Below the pieces are notes generated by a model that worked only from the letters and a program-made list of their open reading frames with translations, did not search any database and was not told where the DNA came from. Shown one piece after another: positions 1-11,430 of a stretch of DNA of 36,013 nucleotides. Position 1 is the first letter of the stretch. Every line of letters starts with the position of its first letter. A program made the position numbers and the translations under genes. The DNA lies in the NCBI GenBank assembly GCA_025603075.1, contig MU626456.1, positions 1 through 36,013 of the forward strand. Direction: 5' to 3'. The stretch is from Neoconidiobolus thromboides FSU 785. Taxonomy: Eukaryota > Fungi > Entomophthoromycota.

Positions 1-1
1 T

Positions 2-70
2 AATTGTGGTCCAGGTACTACATGTATTGAGAATAATGGTAGCCTTTATTGTGGATATCCTCAATCTTAA
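2..70 (+). CDS. 3' end of a secreted-type protein with a C-terminal Cys-rich CBM19-like chitin-binding module (partial)
   Basis: Frame from nt 2 reads NCGPGTTCIENNGSLYCGYPQS-stop (TAA 68-70). It matches the reverse-strand gene ending at 35717 at 62 of 70 nt. Confidence 0.7.
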   Translation, partial: NCGPGTTCIENNGSLYCGYPQS

Positions 71-183
71 CTTGCTAATAAATAATTTATCAATAGTATT
101 ATTTGATTAATTATAATTTTACAGTTTATCAAGAGTTAAAAACTAGATTATAAATAAAAATACTTAAACAAATAAAGCTTTAT

Positions 184-2687
184 TTATTCTAAATCATTTG
201 AAGTGTTAATTAAAGGAAAATCCTGGATAACTTGTTGCCATGTTGTTTTTTCATGAACTAAATCACTTAATCGTGAAATAACATCAGTGATCTAAAAATT
301 ATCTTTAGATATTTTATATATAAAAATTATTGATTGAACTTACGGATCCACGGATTTGATTGGTAGTATCTCTTTCACGTAAAGTAATAGTTTCATCTTC
401 CATAGTAACCATATCTACAGTGATAGCAAATGGAGTACCGAGCTCATCATTACGGGAATATCTACGACCGATTGAGGCTGCTGAATCATCCACTTTTGAA
501 CTAATTCCTTTTTGACGGGTCAATTTTACTAATATTAAATTAGTTCATAAATAATTTATAACAGCAAAATATAGATTACAAAGTTTCTTGATAACTGGGT
601 TAAATTCTGGACGGTTTGAAATGGGTAAAATCAAACATTTGGTTGGAGCAACTGAAGGTGGGAATGATAAAACCTATTTATATTATTATTATTATTATTA
701 TTATCATTTTAATGCAAAATTACTCCACGCTCTTCGGATTCTTCACGAGTCCAGTAAACATGTTCTAACAATGAATATAAGATACGACCAATACCAAAGG
801 ATGGTTCAATTACATTTGGAGTAAATTCTCTGACTAAATTAAATATTATCATTGTAAAAGAATATTATATGTTATTTTTAGTAATTACCATGTTCTTTTA
901 CTTGAATTTTTTCAACTTTAACCATGTCTTCAGTAAGCTCATATTCTTTTCCATCTCCTGGAGATATAATGCATTTTCTATTTTTATTTTAAATACTATT
1001 TTATACTAATCAATTATTAATAATTACTCCTTTAAATCTACTGCTAACTTATTTAACTCCTCTTCATTGAGGTTGGTTAAATATTCTTCAACAGTTTTTG
1101 CATCTCTCTTAAGCTTAGATCCAAATACTTTTTTATTAATAACAGCTTGAGTTTTGTCATAAATGACTGGCTCAGCTAATGCTTTACGTACAACTAGTTT
1201 TTCTTTAGTACGCTTAGCATGTACTGTAAGATCATAAGCTGATCTATCAGCACATCCTACACACTCAATCCACCCCTAAGATAAAATTAAGATAATTTTT
1301 TTAATATACTATAAATATTTACGTAGGTTGTATGGATTTCAGCATCCCAACAATCAGAAGCATAATGGGCCATTTCATTTGGCATATGCTGACGAAATCT
1401 AAGTTTATCAGCTTTGATACCAATCTTAGTGAGGAAAAGATAGATACGGGCCAAAAAGTAACCTAAAGTTTGATTATCTACTAATTTCTATCATATTGTT
1501 ACCAAAATATACCAATATCATGTTAAATAATAATTTACCTTCTCAACAGCTTCACCAATAGCAACTTCAGTAAGCTCAGTTTTACCACTGATTTGAGTTT
1601 CAGCACTTAATAATCTTAATTTGATGTCTTTCACTTCATCGAACCTATCGTGGTTCTTATCTTCTGGGTCAACAAAATGCTCAATTTCTGCCATAGTGAA
1701 TTCACTAAACAACATTATAAACACAAAATAAAACACTTGAAAAACTAAATACCGAACACGTAATAAACCTGAGCGAGGAGAAATTTCATTGCGAAAAGCT
1801 CTACCAATAAGAGCTGAAGCAAAAGGTACCTTTTCATTATTAAATTCTAATAATTTCTTGAAGTTCAAAAATTGACCTTGAGCAGTTTCTGGACGTAAAT
1901 AACTAAATCGACTTATTAATACTGATAACATAATTTGAATTTATAATCTACCCCTTAATATTGCCAGAAGGACCAATAGCAGTTTCGAACATTAAATTGA
2001 ATTCTTTAGGTTCAGAAAGTGGGTTTTTAGCTTCTGGTGAAGTGATGTTATATTTCTTAATGATTTCATTTAAAGCTGGTCCATCATAATTATCAATCTA
2101 TTTTCAGCATGTTAAGCATAATCTTTAAAAAAAATAAAATTACTTGAGCTAAAATGGTTTCGTATTCCTGTTTAATTTGGTCATCTAACTTAATATTAAC
2201 AACTGCGTTCTTCTTCTTACGTCCCTTTTTAACTTCTTCTTTATTGTCTTCTTCTTTGGCCTCGATTTCAGTGGCTCTGGCTAATTTATCTCCTTCTAAT
2301 TGAGCCTCAATAAAACCCTCTACTAAGTGATCTGCTCTAAAAATTTCGCCATTAACTAAGTCTTTAACCATCCAATCAGCAAACTTTTCAACATGACCAC
2401 TAGTCTTTAAAACTTCTTCAGGTGTGGTGATACTACAGTCTAATTCCAGCATGTCTTCTTCCAATACAAAGTGCTGGCGCCATAAGTTAATAATATTTGC
2501 TTGCAAAGCAGTTCCTGGTGGTCCATAGTCAAACAAACCAGCCACACCTAATGATTGTTAGGGTCAATTATTTCATCGAGTCATTAATAAATAAAATACC
2601 TCCATAGATGGAAAATGAAGGAGCATAAAAGAAACGTTTGCTAAGAATCTGTTCAAGTGCACTACGATCAATGTCTTTTGTAGTCAT
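184..2687 (-). CDS. GRS1: Glycyl-tRNA synthetase (eukaryotic alpha2 type), multi-exon
   Basis: Spliced reading gives [74 protein letters not shown] and [24 protein letters not shown] at 2687, TAA at 184-186, canonical GT-AG introns. Confidence 0.97.
681..704. repeat. (TAT)8 microsatellite inside a GlyRS intron
   Basis: Eight perfect TAT units. On the minus strand they lie between a GT donor and the acceptor ...AAATAG preceding [10 protein letters not shown]. Confidence 0.9.
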
Positions 2688-3084
2688 TTTTTAAATTGAG
2701 TTATAGTCTTATCGATGATTATATACCCTTATTAATATAAAAAGCAAAGTTAACTATGATTTAAATTTGATTTTGTATCACAATGAGTAATCAAGAGTTG
2801 GATCAAATTTTGAGTTTTAATGGGATTTCTATGCATGATATCCCCTATTTGAGATATACTTTCCTGTTTGGAAAATGAAAAATTTGTAAGTATAATATGC
2901 CATTGTTTTGTAGTTTTATAGTTTTAGATACTATTTGAGCTTTCGTACTATTTTTTTCAATAGTTATAAACAATATGGCACAATATAAATGGGGAGCCAT
3001 CACTTTAAACATTTATAATTTTTAAAGCGTATTTAAATTAAATTGAGTATTAGCAAAAATGTTAACTTTATGCTTGCTGATACT

Positions 3085-3190
3085 ATATGGGGATGTATTT
3101 TTGTGTTTAAGAATTTTACTGACAGTCTTTCCACTCAAATAGTGCTTAAAAAATGGAAAAGTAATGAAATCGAAAAAAACATCCTCATAT
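3085..3190 (+). mobile_element. MITE copy 1 (~98 bp core plus ATAT duplications)
   Basis: ATAT-GGGGATGTATTTTTGTGTTTAAGAATTTTACT...AAAAAAACATCCTC-ATAT. It has terminal inverted repeats, and its internal sequence is shared with 10 other copies in the window. Confidence 0.88.
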
Positions 3191-3580
3191 CTAATTGTAA
3201 ATAGTAAAATGTAAATATACAACATTTATTTACAATTGTTGTAAGTAATACATTTACTACCAAAAAAATTGCTTTAAATTTTTAAAATAATTTATAAACT
3301 TTTACTAAAATAATTTTTGAATCTATTATAATTTAAAAATACTTAACACTTATAGGATAATTAAATAACGAAACACCAAAATAATATTGATAGTTTTATC
3401 AATTATCAATATTTTTAATTATTTGTTGTATGAATTTCTTAATTTATCGTAATTTATGTAAGAATAAAAATAAATAAATTTAGTATATAACAGGCTTAAT
3501 AGTTAGCTTTGTGATACATAATTGAGATAAGTAAAATATTATAGCAAATTAGAAATTTTTTATTAATCACAGTATTAGGT

Positions 3581-4727
3581 CTAAGTCATTGTCAGCCTAC
3601 AATCATCCTGATCTCTAAGCCCGAATTCTTGTATATTACTATCTGAGCTCCCTTCGAAATCATCTTTTTTAGTTGCATTGTCAATAGTAATCTCATTTGG
3701 TCCACCCAAATCATCATGATTTGTTGTAGTATTATCTTTGTCTTTTTTAATTCTTGGGCTATATGGTATTTGGGAGTAACGATCAACAATCGATGGATAG
3801 TACTGATGGTAACTAAAATATGACAATACAATGCCTATAATTCCTCCTACTAGTACATCTGACCAATGATGTCTAAAATCTTGTATACGAGTTATTGAAA
3901 TAAATAGTGCACCTAACATTGGTAAAATTACGATAAATGTTTTGTAAGTATGTCCCTTTCTATCAAATACATGCAACTTTCCAGCAAGGTAAAGACTCAA
4001 ATAGGTTAATCCACAGAACGAAACTAATAAAAATGCTTAGGAATTATAAAACAAAAATAGTCCTATTTACCTGCAGCATGACCTGAAGTAAAACTTCTTT
4101 GACCTTCTTTTATAATACTCTGATCAGGTTGAGTGCATATAGTTGCATCAAAAAGTGAAAATCTAGGGTCTGTAGTTAGACCCTCTGGCAATTTCGGCAT
4201 ACATCTGGCCAAAAAATCCGGTCGATGTCTTCCAATAGTAAATTTGAACGATATAATCAAAACTAGGGTTAATGATATTGCAAGGAATAGACCTAATAAA
4301 AATCAGCTTAATTATGAAATTCATTATTGTTGGCTACCTAGTGAACCATGGTGTAAATCATGAGGGCTTTTACGTATTATTATCGAAATAAAGAGTATTA
4401 TAAGGAATGGGATCAATGCGCCATATACCTTTTAAATATTAGAAAATTGATTTATTAGTATACAACTGTAATTACCGCTAACATAGGTTCCGATATTGTA
4501 TCATATACTTTATAAGGATAGCTAATAGATTTATCTTCTACTGAAAAAGGTCGTTGAAAAGGTGTAAGCAAATACATCAGCATAAATAGTAACAGTAAAA
4601 CCAGAGTAACAATCCAGTCTACTAAATAAGATAGCAGCAGTCTTACAATCCTGGATTGTCTCAAGTACCATCTTGTAAATCTATTTGGGGTTTTATTTTC
4701 GTGTACTTCTTTTCTCTTAAAAAACAT
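3581..4727 (-). CDS. PAP2-family lipid phosphate phosphatase (DPP1/LPP1-like), 4 exons
   Basis: Motif C1 KFTIGRHRPDF, C2 SFTSGHA, C3 TRIQDFRHHWSD, plus several hydrophobic helices. The exons join through GT-AG introns. Confidence 0.92.
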
Positions 4728-4918
4728 TATTTTGATTTTTGACTTTTCTCCGCAAAAATTATAATTATTTTCAACTCTTTTATACTTTGGTTATATTGAC
4801 AAGCTTTCTATTTGGCCATTATGATGTCAATCTCACACTATGATCTCATATTTTCTCATTACATAATACAACAGTTCACTATTTACTTTAGCTTAAATTT
4901 AATGCTATTATAATAAAA

Positions 4919-5004
4919 ATATGAGAGCTTTTTTTTAAAAATTTAACAATTTTCACTCAAATAATACTTAAAAAATGAAGTAGAAACAAAAAACACCCCT
5001 ATAT
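4919..5004 (+). mobile_element. MITE copy 2 (internally deleted, degenerate)
   Basis: ATAT-GAGAGC...TTTCACTCAAATAATACTTAAAAAATG...AAAAAACACCCCT-ATAT. The central block and right end match the family. Confidence 0.65.
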
Positions 5005-5935
5005 AGACTATTCAAAATATCTTTATTAAATGATATTTAGTACATCAACTATAGCAAAATATTTTAGTGTTAAATTAAATCAATTTGATTTTAGAGTGGC
5101 TAAGGGTTTGTAAATTATAAATAGTTAAAAAAGAAAATTCTGAACCAGATTTGATTTAAATGTACCTTAATTATATCTAAGAAACAAAAGCAAATTTCAA
5201 ATCAACTTAATCCATTATCTGCTTTGAAGTATGACGACGTTTTGATATTTTATTGCTCTCGGAAATGATACAAATATTAATAGTTTTATAGGTAATATCA
5301 TTGTTAAATAGCACAGTATAGTAAGGTATCAATAGTAATAATTTTGGCAGTCAAAATCAAATTCACAAACTTTGATCAATCATTGGGCAAAACTATTTTA
5401 AGGTTAAAAATTAAATAACTGAAAAGAATTCTCACTACTTTTTCCTAATATTTCAATAATTTAACATTTTAGTTATAAATAAATTCTATTAATAAACTAA
5501 TAGATGATAGCAACTACTAAAACTGTACAAAACCAACATTTGATTAAAAAATGAAATATTTTGAACTTGAATCCTATTTGTTTTATGAATCTACAATTGC
5601 TGCTCAAACAGTAGTTGTTTTCATCACTTAGTGATATAAAATAAAATTGTCCAAATAATTCCAACTATTAGAATAACTTTCAGCTAAATGGCTTTGTGTT
5701 TTTTAATTTGTGATCGATTTATTCTAAGATGAATTTAAGGGCTGGGACTTTTGTAAGGTTTTTAATTCATATTTAAAATTTTAACTCCAAGCTAAAAACA
5801 ATGAAAGACATCTAACTGCAAGCTGCCTTGGCCAACCTTGACTAATGCAAAATCCACAGCTAGTGGGCTAAAAGTATCACTGATGCAAAAGTTTATATAG
5901 TAACAGTAATAAATGAAGGCTGAGTTTTAAACCTA

Positions 5936-7896
5936 ATGGATGAAAAGATAGCAAGATTGAAAGAGATTTTTGAAGATATAGGTGTAGAGGATATAGCTAA
6001 CGTATTAAGTAAAAAAGTGAATGGGGATGTAGATTTGGCCGTTGAGCATTTGATTTCATGGCAAAGTGTTAAAAAGGCTAGTAACATTGATAATTTTATT
6101 AAAATTAAGTTGAAAAATAACAAAAGGAGTAAAGTAGGTAAGATTGATAGAATGATAAACAGTAAAGCGATCAATCAAAAAACTATAAAGTACATATTAG
6201 ATGATGAGAGTTCAAGAGATAATAAACTAAGTAATTCAAATAAAAATGAAATAGTAGAAGTGATTGACTTAGATGAAGAATTATCTGTTGATATCTCAAA
6301 GTCGTATAAGAATGATCCTCGTTCAAAAGCCAAAAGTATTGACAAATTTGAAGCCATAAACAAATGGAATAAAATATTAGAAAAGAAAACAAAAATTGAT
6401 AAATCAAATGATAATTCTAACATCAAGGCAAACTCAATTTCATTTCCTTATCTTACTAAATCTATTAAAGAGGATCCTCATGAAGACGATAATAAAGAAA
6501 ATCTGAATGAAACTCAAAGCGCTTTAGAAGGTAGTTCAAAAAATGAAGTTGAACTTGCTTCAAGGAATTTGGCGTTTAATCAAGGACGTACTACTCGTCA
6601 ATCTTCATCTTCATTGAGTACTTTGTCTCTAGTCAGACGCATTGATACAGCTGAAAAATGGAAAGAGATACTTAACACAAAAGCTGAAAATGAAACGGAT
6701 TCAAATAGGCTAGCAGATAATCAAGGAGGGGTAGTTAGTAAATCTTCCTCTTCATTAAGCACAGCTTCACTAGTTAAACGTATCAATGCAGTAGAAAAAT
6801 GGGAAGGCGTGCTATCGTCGAAACCAAAATATGAAGAGCTTGAAGATATACAAAAGCAGTTTGAAACTATGAATACATGGTCTGATTTGTTAAAGGCTAA
6901 GGAATTGAAAAATGAGTCACTAAAAAAAATAAGACAGAGAAACCCGGTACTTTATATCCATAATTTCGAACTTCTTAAAAGATATTTGCCAACTACTAGC
7001 GTTCACAATAGGTTCCTAGATAAACAGTTGGCTTTGAGTTTGTTTTATAAACTCAAAGAAGATAGCTTGCAATGGAATACATATAGTATGTACCTATTTG
7101 AAAAGAAGGTTGAGTCTCCACATAAAACTCATTCTTACTATATAAATGATGATAGTTTTCCAGATGGTCAGTACTATTTTAATGGAAACAAAGTAAGTAA
7201 GCCTACCCCATACTTTGATTTTTTAAAATTAGCTTCAGAATTGGTGACTGGGTTTGTGAATGAAGAAAGGATAAAACGAGAAGAGTATCTGATTACATGC
7301 TATAATTTATGCTATTTATTAATTCATTTAGGCATTCCTTAGATCTTGGTTCCAATCACACTTGGCAAGCCAACTATGCAGTAACTAACATATATGAAAC
7401 AGGAAAAAACTCAGTTGGTTGGCATACAGATAGATTGACCTATTTAGGACCAAGGCCGATCATAGCCTCTTTATCATTAGGACCAACACGTGAATTTCGA
7501 TTAAGAAAAATGGGCCCAGATTCTAACCAAACGATCTGCTCTATACCCTTACGTCATAATACTCTCCTCATCATGTGGGCTCCAACTCAAGAAGAATATA
7601 AACATTGTGTGCCGCCTCAACCTACCCTAACTCCTTATCCAGACGACAACACAGCAAGGATCAATATCACATTTAGATATTTTCCGGAAGCTTTTGGTCC
7701 AAAGAATACCCCCTTTTGCTATTGTAAAGTGCCGTGTGACCTTAGGGTGATTAATAAAGATCCCAAACAGTTTGGAAAATATTATTTCAAGTGTATAAGT
7801 GAAGAAGGGACAGGTAAAAAAGGGTGTGGATATTTTAAGTTTGTTGAGTTCCCAGATTACCCAGCCTCATATTTTAACATAGATATGTTAGATTAA
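5936..7896 (+). CDS. AlkB-family (ALKBH2/3-like) 2OG-Fe(II) dioxygenase with N-terminal CUE-like domain and C-terminal GRF-type zinc finger; one intron at 7285-7331
   Basis: GWHTD (HxD), LRHNTL (distal His) and RINITFR are the 2OG-binding motifs. The N-terminus LKEIFEDIGVEDIANVLSKKVNGDVDLAVEHL is CUE-like. The C-terminus CYCKVPC...GKYYFKC...GCGYFKF is GRF-type. The 47-nt intron joins the two ORFs in frame. Confidence 0.88.
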
Positions 7897-8126
7897 AATA
7901 TAATTTTAAAACATTCCAAATTATAAAGAAATTTATGTATTTTCATGAATTACTATAATCTAATAATATATATGAGTTTAAACGTGAAAATACAAATCAA
8001 AATCAAAATCAAAATCTAATATAAACATGATTCGAAATAAATCATTTATTCTACCTTCTATATAATAAACATTATACACTAGATTTCAAATGCTTATTTA
8101 AACCGTAATCATATAAATTTAATATA

Positions 8127-9354
8127 TTATTTATCTTCAATATTTAAAGACTCAACGTTTGGTAATTCCTGCTTATTTTCACCTTTTTTATCTTCTTGTT
8201 CTTTTCGGATAATATGATCAGGTTTAGGTGTATATTTCTTGACCTTCTTTTTAGTTTCTTTGACTGGAGCTGGATAAGCCAGTTCAATCAACTCCTTCAT
8301 TTCAGCTGAGCTAAAGTGTTCTCTAACAGGTGCCAACAAATCCGATAAATAAGAAGCAACTGCTTTTTTAAGGTCTCCAGGGTGTATCTTTTTATCGGCA
8401 AAGTCAGCTTCCAATGGTTGAAAGCTTTCGTAGGTGACATTACCACCCCATTCTTCAGCACGTTGGATAGTGAAGGTAGCTTTGTCCCCTCTTAAACTTG
8501 AAATTGGAAATAAAACAAACTTAACAAATGATAATACCCCATTATTTTCAATGTTACCTTCTTCACAAAAGGCCTTTTTAATCTTCTTTTCAATCGCTTT
8601 AGGTTCATCCAAGAGATCAATCTTTGAATCTGGATCAGAAGCTGACATCTTTGATCCTGTTAATCCAGGTACCATAAAATTCATTAAATGAGAACGTTTT
8701 TTATACCCTAATTGTGGTAAATACTTCTCAGCAAAAGTGAAAATCTTTCTTTGATCTACACCACCAAACTGAGCATCAACTTTAAGGTATTCTTCATCCA
8801 AGGCCTGTAAACCAGGATAAAGTAAACCACTCAGTAATGGAGACTCAACCTGTTTGACCACTTCGGCACCAGCTTTTTTGGCGTCGTGTTCGGTCACTGA
8901 AGCACAAAGCCTGTAATTATCCATGTTGTAGGCTTCGGTAAGTTGGTAGCTGGAACCTACTACGAATTTTAAATTTTCAATTGGCACATTGATCGACTTC
9001 AATAAACTTTTAATTGCATTTTCATAGTATTTAGTGCGATGTTTCACCAACTCTAAAGGTGCTTTCATGTTATCAAGGAAGGCATGTACATCGGCCAATA
9101 ATACAGTAACCTAAAAAAATCAAATTAAATAAGTATACATAATTATTAATAAGTATAGTTACCTCACAACCAGCCTTAAGGAAGTCAGCAATCTTAGACA
9201 TTGGTACAAAATAACCAACATGGGGACGACCGGTTGGAGCAGTACCCCAATAAATTTTAAGGTTACGTTCGGCTAAGACGTTTTTTATCTCTTGCTCTCC
9301 AAGTACCTCTTGTAAGTTACGTTTGATAAGTTCTAATTTTTGTTGGCTGTCCAT
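8127..9354 (-). CDS. TYS1: Cytosolic tyrosyl-tRNA synthetase; one intron at 9111-9162
   Basis: [14 protein letters not shown] (HIGH-like), [11 protein letters not shown] and KMSAS (KMSKS-like). Confidence 0.97.
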
Positions 9355-9552
9355 GATTAAACTTTAAAAAAGTAAAACTTTAGCTTTTTAAATTTTCTCA
9401 ATACCACTCCTTATTTTTTAGCATCCCTTTTATACTAACCAATGAAGTCGCAGTATTTTGCAGTTGTTTATGAGCTGGCTTGTAATCTAAATAATAGTGA
9501 GTCATAAACTCAAGCTCATTTTTTATAAATTAATTTCGCACTTTTTTTAAAA

Positions 9553-11319
9553 ATGTCCTTAGAAACTTTAACAGATTCTCAAAGATCAGCGTTAGAAACG
9601 TATTTGGATATTACTGGGGAGTCTGATATCGAAAATGCCATAGTCAATTTGAAAAAGTATGGTTTCGACTTAGAAAAAGCGTTAACTACTCACTTTGATG
9701 AACCGGAACAAAGCTCCTCAAACATAGAGCCTTCCTTACAAGATAGTTCAACTAACTTAAACGATAGTTTTAATAGTGGACCATCATCGAACACTAGGAG
9801 TCCTAACAATAGATCAACTAACAACTCAAGCGGTTTCAGTTTACTCTCTTTATTTTCATGGCCTTTCAACTTGGTGCTTGACTTACTTTTAAAAGTGATT
9901 TCCTTTCCAATGTATCTCTTTTCAGGTTATAGAACCATTGGTGCTGGTAGGCCCAGAGAAGCTGCCCATTTCCCATTTAATGTGCAATTTAATGAAGCTT
10001 ATGGAAATATTCATCCACAATTTATTTCCATGGAGTATCCACAGGTAAATTTTATTTGAGACTTCATAGCTTCATTTAATGTCAAATATAAATAGGTTGT
10101 AGAAAAAGCCAAGAGGGAGTTAAAATATCTGTTAGTAGTACTTCAGTCAGATGAGCATGATGACACTGACGAATTTTGCCGGTAAGATAAGCTAACTGAT
10201 AAATTTAATTTATTAATATTTTTATAGTAAAACTTTATGTTCGCCATTATTGTGTGATTTTATACAATCTAAAAATATTTTGGTTTGGGGTGGCAATGTT
10301 AGATATACTGAAGGTTATCAAGGTGAGTTAAATTAAATATATTGATACAAAGTTAACTTTATAAATAGTTAGCGTTACATTGCAAGTGAACACTTATCCC
10401 TTTCTTGCCCTGGTTGCTTTGAAACCAAGAGGAAGTGAAAACAGCTCAAATATTATGGCTGTATTGGATAGGATTGAAGGTAATAAGCAGGCTATTTAAA
10501 AATGGGTTGCTAATAAATAATTAAAGGGCTTACTGAACCAGAAGAAGTAATAGCAAGAATTACTAGACAAATGGAACGACTTGATCCAGAGTTGATTGTA
10601 TTGAGAAGCGAAAGAGCTGAACAAGAAGCAGCTAGGATGATTCGAGAACAACAAGATATGGCTTATCAAAATTCACTTTTAGCTGACCAAGAGAAGGTAA
10701 ATAGTAATAAACTACTGAATTTTACAATTTATTTATTATTTTAGGCTAAACGTCGTGAAAAACAAAGAGAGGAAGAAGAAAGAGAAGAGCGTAGATTAAA
10801 GGTGGAGTTTGAAAATAAAGCTTTACAAGCTAGAGTAAGCGTTACGAAGAAATTTTATATTGTTATTTATTTTACTTATTAATTTTATTATAGTATCATT
10901 ATCTCTACCACAATAAATTATTACAACAACTTAGTTTGGAGCCGAATTCAAGCGAACCCAACGTATCACGTTTTAGTATTCGATTATTAAATGGAGAAAG
11001 AGCAATACGTCGCTTTAGAGCAAGTGATACAATATTGGTAAGAGATCATTTCTATCATAAAAATATGTTTTTAACCTATGCTTTTATTTAGGATCTTTAT
11101 GAATATGTAGAAACTTTACTACCTTTGGAGGAGGATGCACCTACCACGCCTCATAGTGAAAGTATCGATGAGTTACCTGATGGCTACCAACACCAATTTT
11201 TATTTCGTCTTCATTCTGCTTTTCCAAGAACTTGCATTGAGCCTACTGAAACTGTATTAAGCGAAACTAATTTTTGGCCTGGAGCTAATTTGATGGTGGA
11301 ATCTATTTATCTAGATTAG
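9553..11319 (+). CDS. UBX-domain Cdc48/p97 cofactor (UBA-like, UAS, coiled coil, UBX; FAF2/Ubx2-3-like), 8 exons
   Basis: N-terminal UBA-like segment, YLLVVLQSDEHDDTDEFC and AGGYPFLAL-type UAS segments, a charged coiled coil, RFSIRLLNGERAIRRFRASD, and C-terminal FRLHSAFPR...FWPGANLMVE. Confidence 0.88.
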
Positions 11320-11430
11320 AATTAAATAGTATTTTAACACATTAAATAAATTTGCTCTTTGTTAAAAACAGTGATAATAATACATAAAATAACATATGTT
11401 TATTTAATAAATTAATAATAATTAATAGGT

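Noticed and set aside
588-824. ORF with a poly-Tyr run, and other antisense ORFs over real genes (e.g. 4133, 5893, 6175, 8434, 12378, 12904, 21192, 27643, 30887, 34591)
   Set aside because: They are antisense or off-frame shadows of well-supported genes. The poly-Tyr is the intronic TAT microsatellite.
3022-3225. ORF spanning MITE copy 1 (YEDVFFDFITFPFFKHYLSGKTVSKILKHKNTSPY), suggesting an in-frame coding palindromic element
   Set aside because: The frame is open only because copy 1 has a shorter T run. Other copies differ in homopolymer length and lose the frame, and no copy lies in an intact gene.
5100-5700. Hydrophobic minus-strand fragments (KVILIVGIIWTILFYI) hinting at a decayed membrane-protein gene
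   Set aside because: AT-rich DNA yields I/L/F-rich translations by chance. There are too many stops and no paralog in the window to support it.
7996-8014. (AAAATC)3 short tandem repeat between the AlkB and TyrRS 3' ends
   Set aside because: Too short and low in complexity to imply function; it is not a telomeric or CRISPR-like array.
184-9354. Two aminoacyl-tRNA synthetases and an AlkB enzyme within 9 kb, suggesting a tRNA-related cluster
   Set aside because: Unrelated genes are interspersed and there is no shared promoter. Chance proximity in a compact genome is sufficient.
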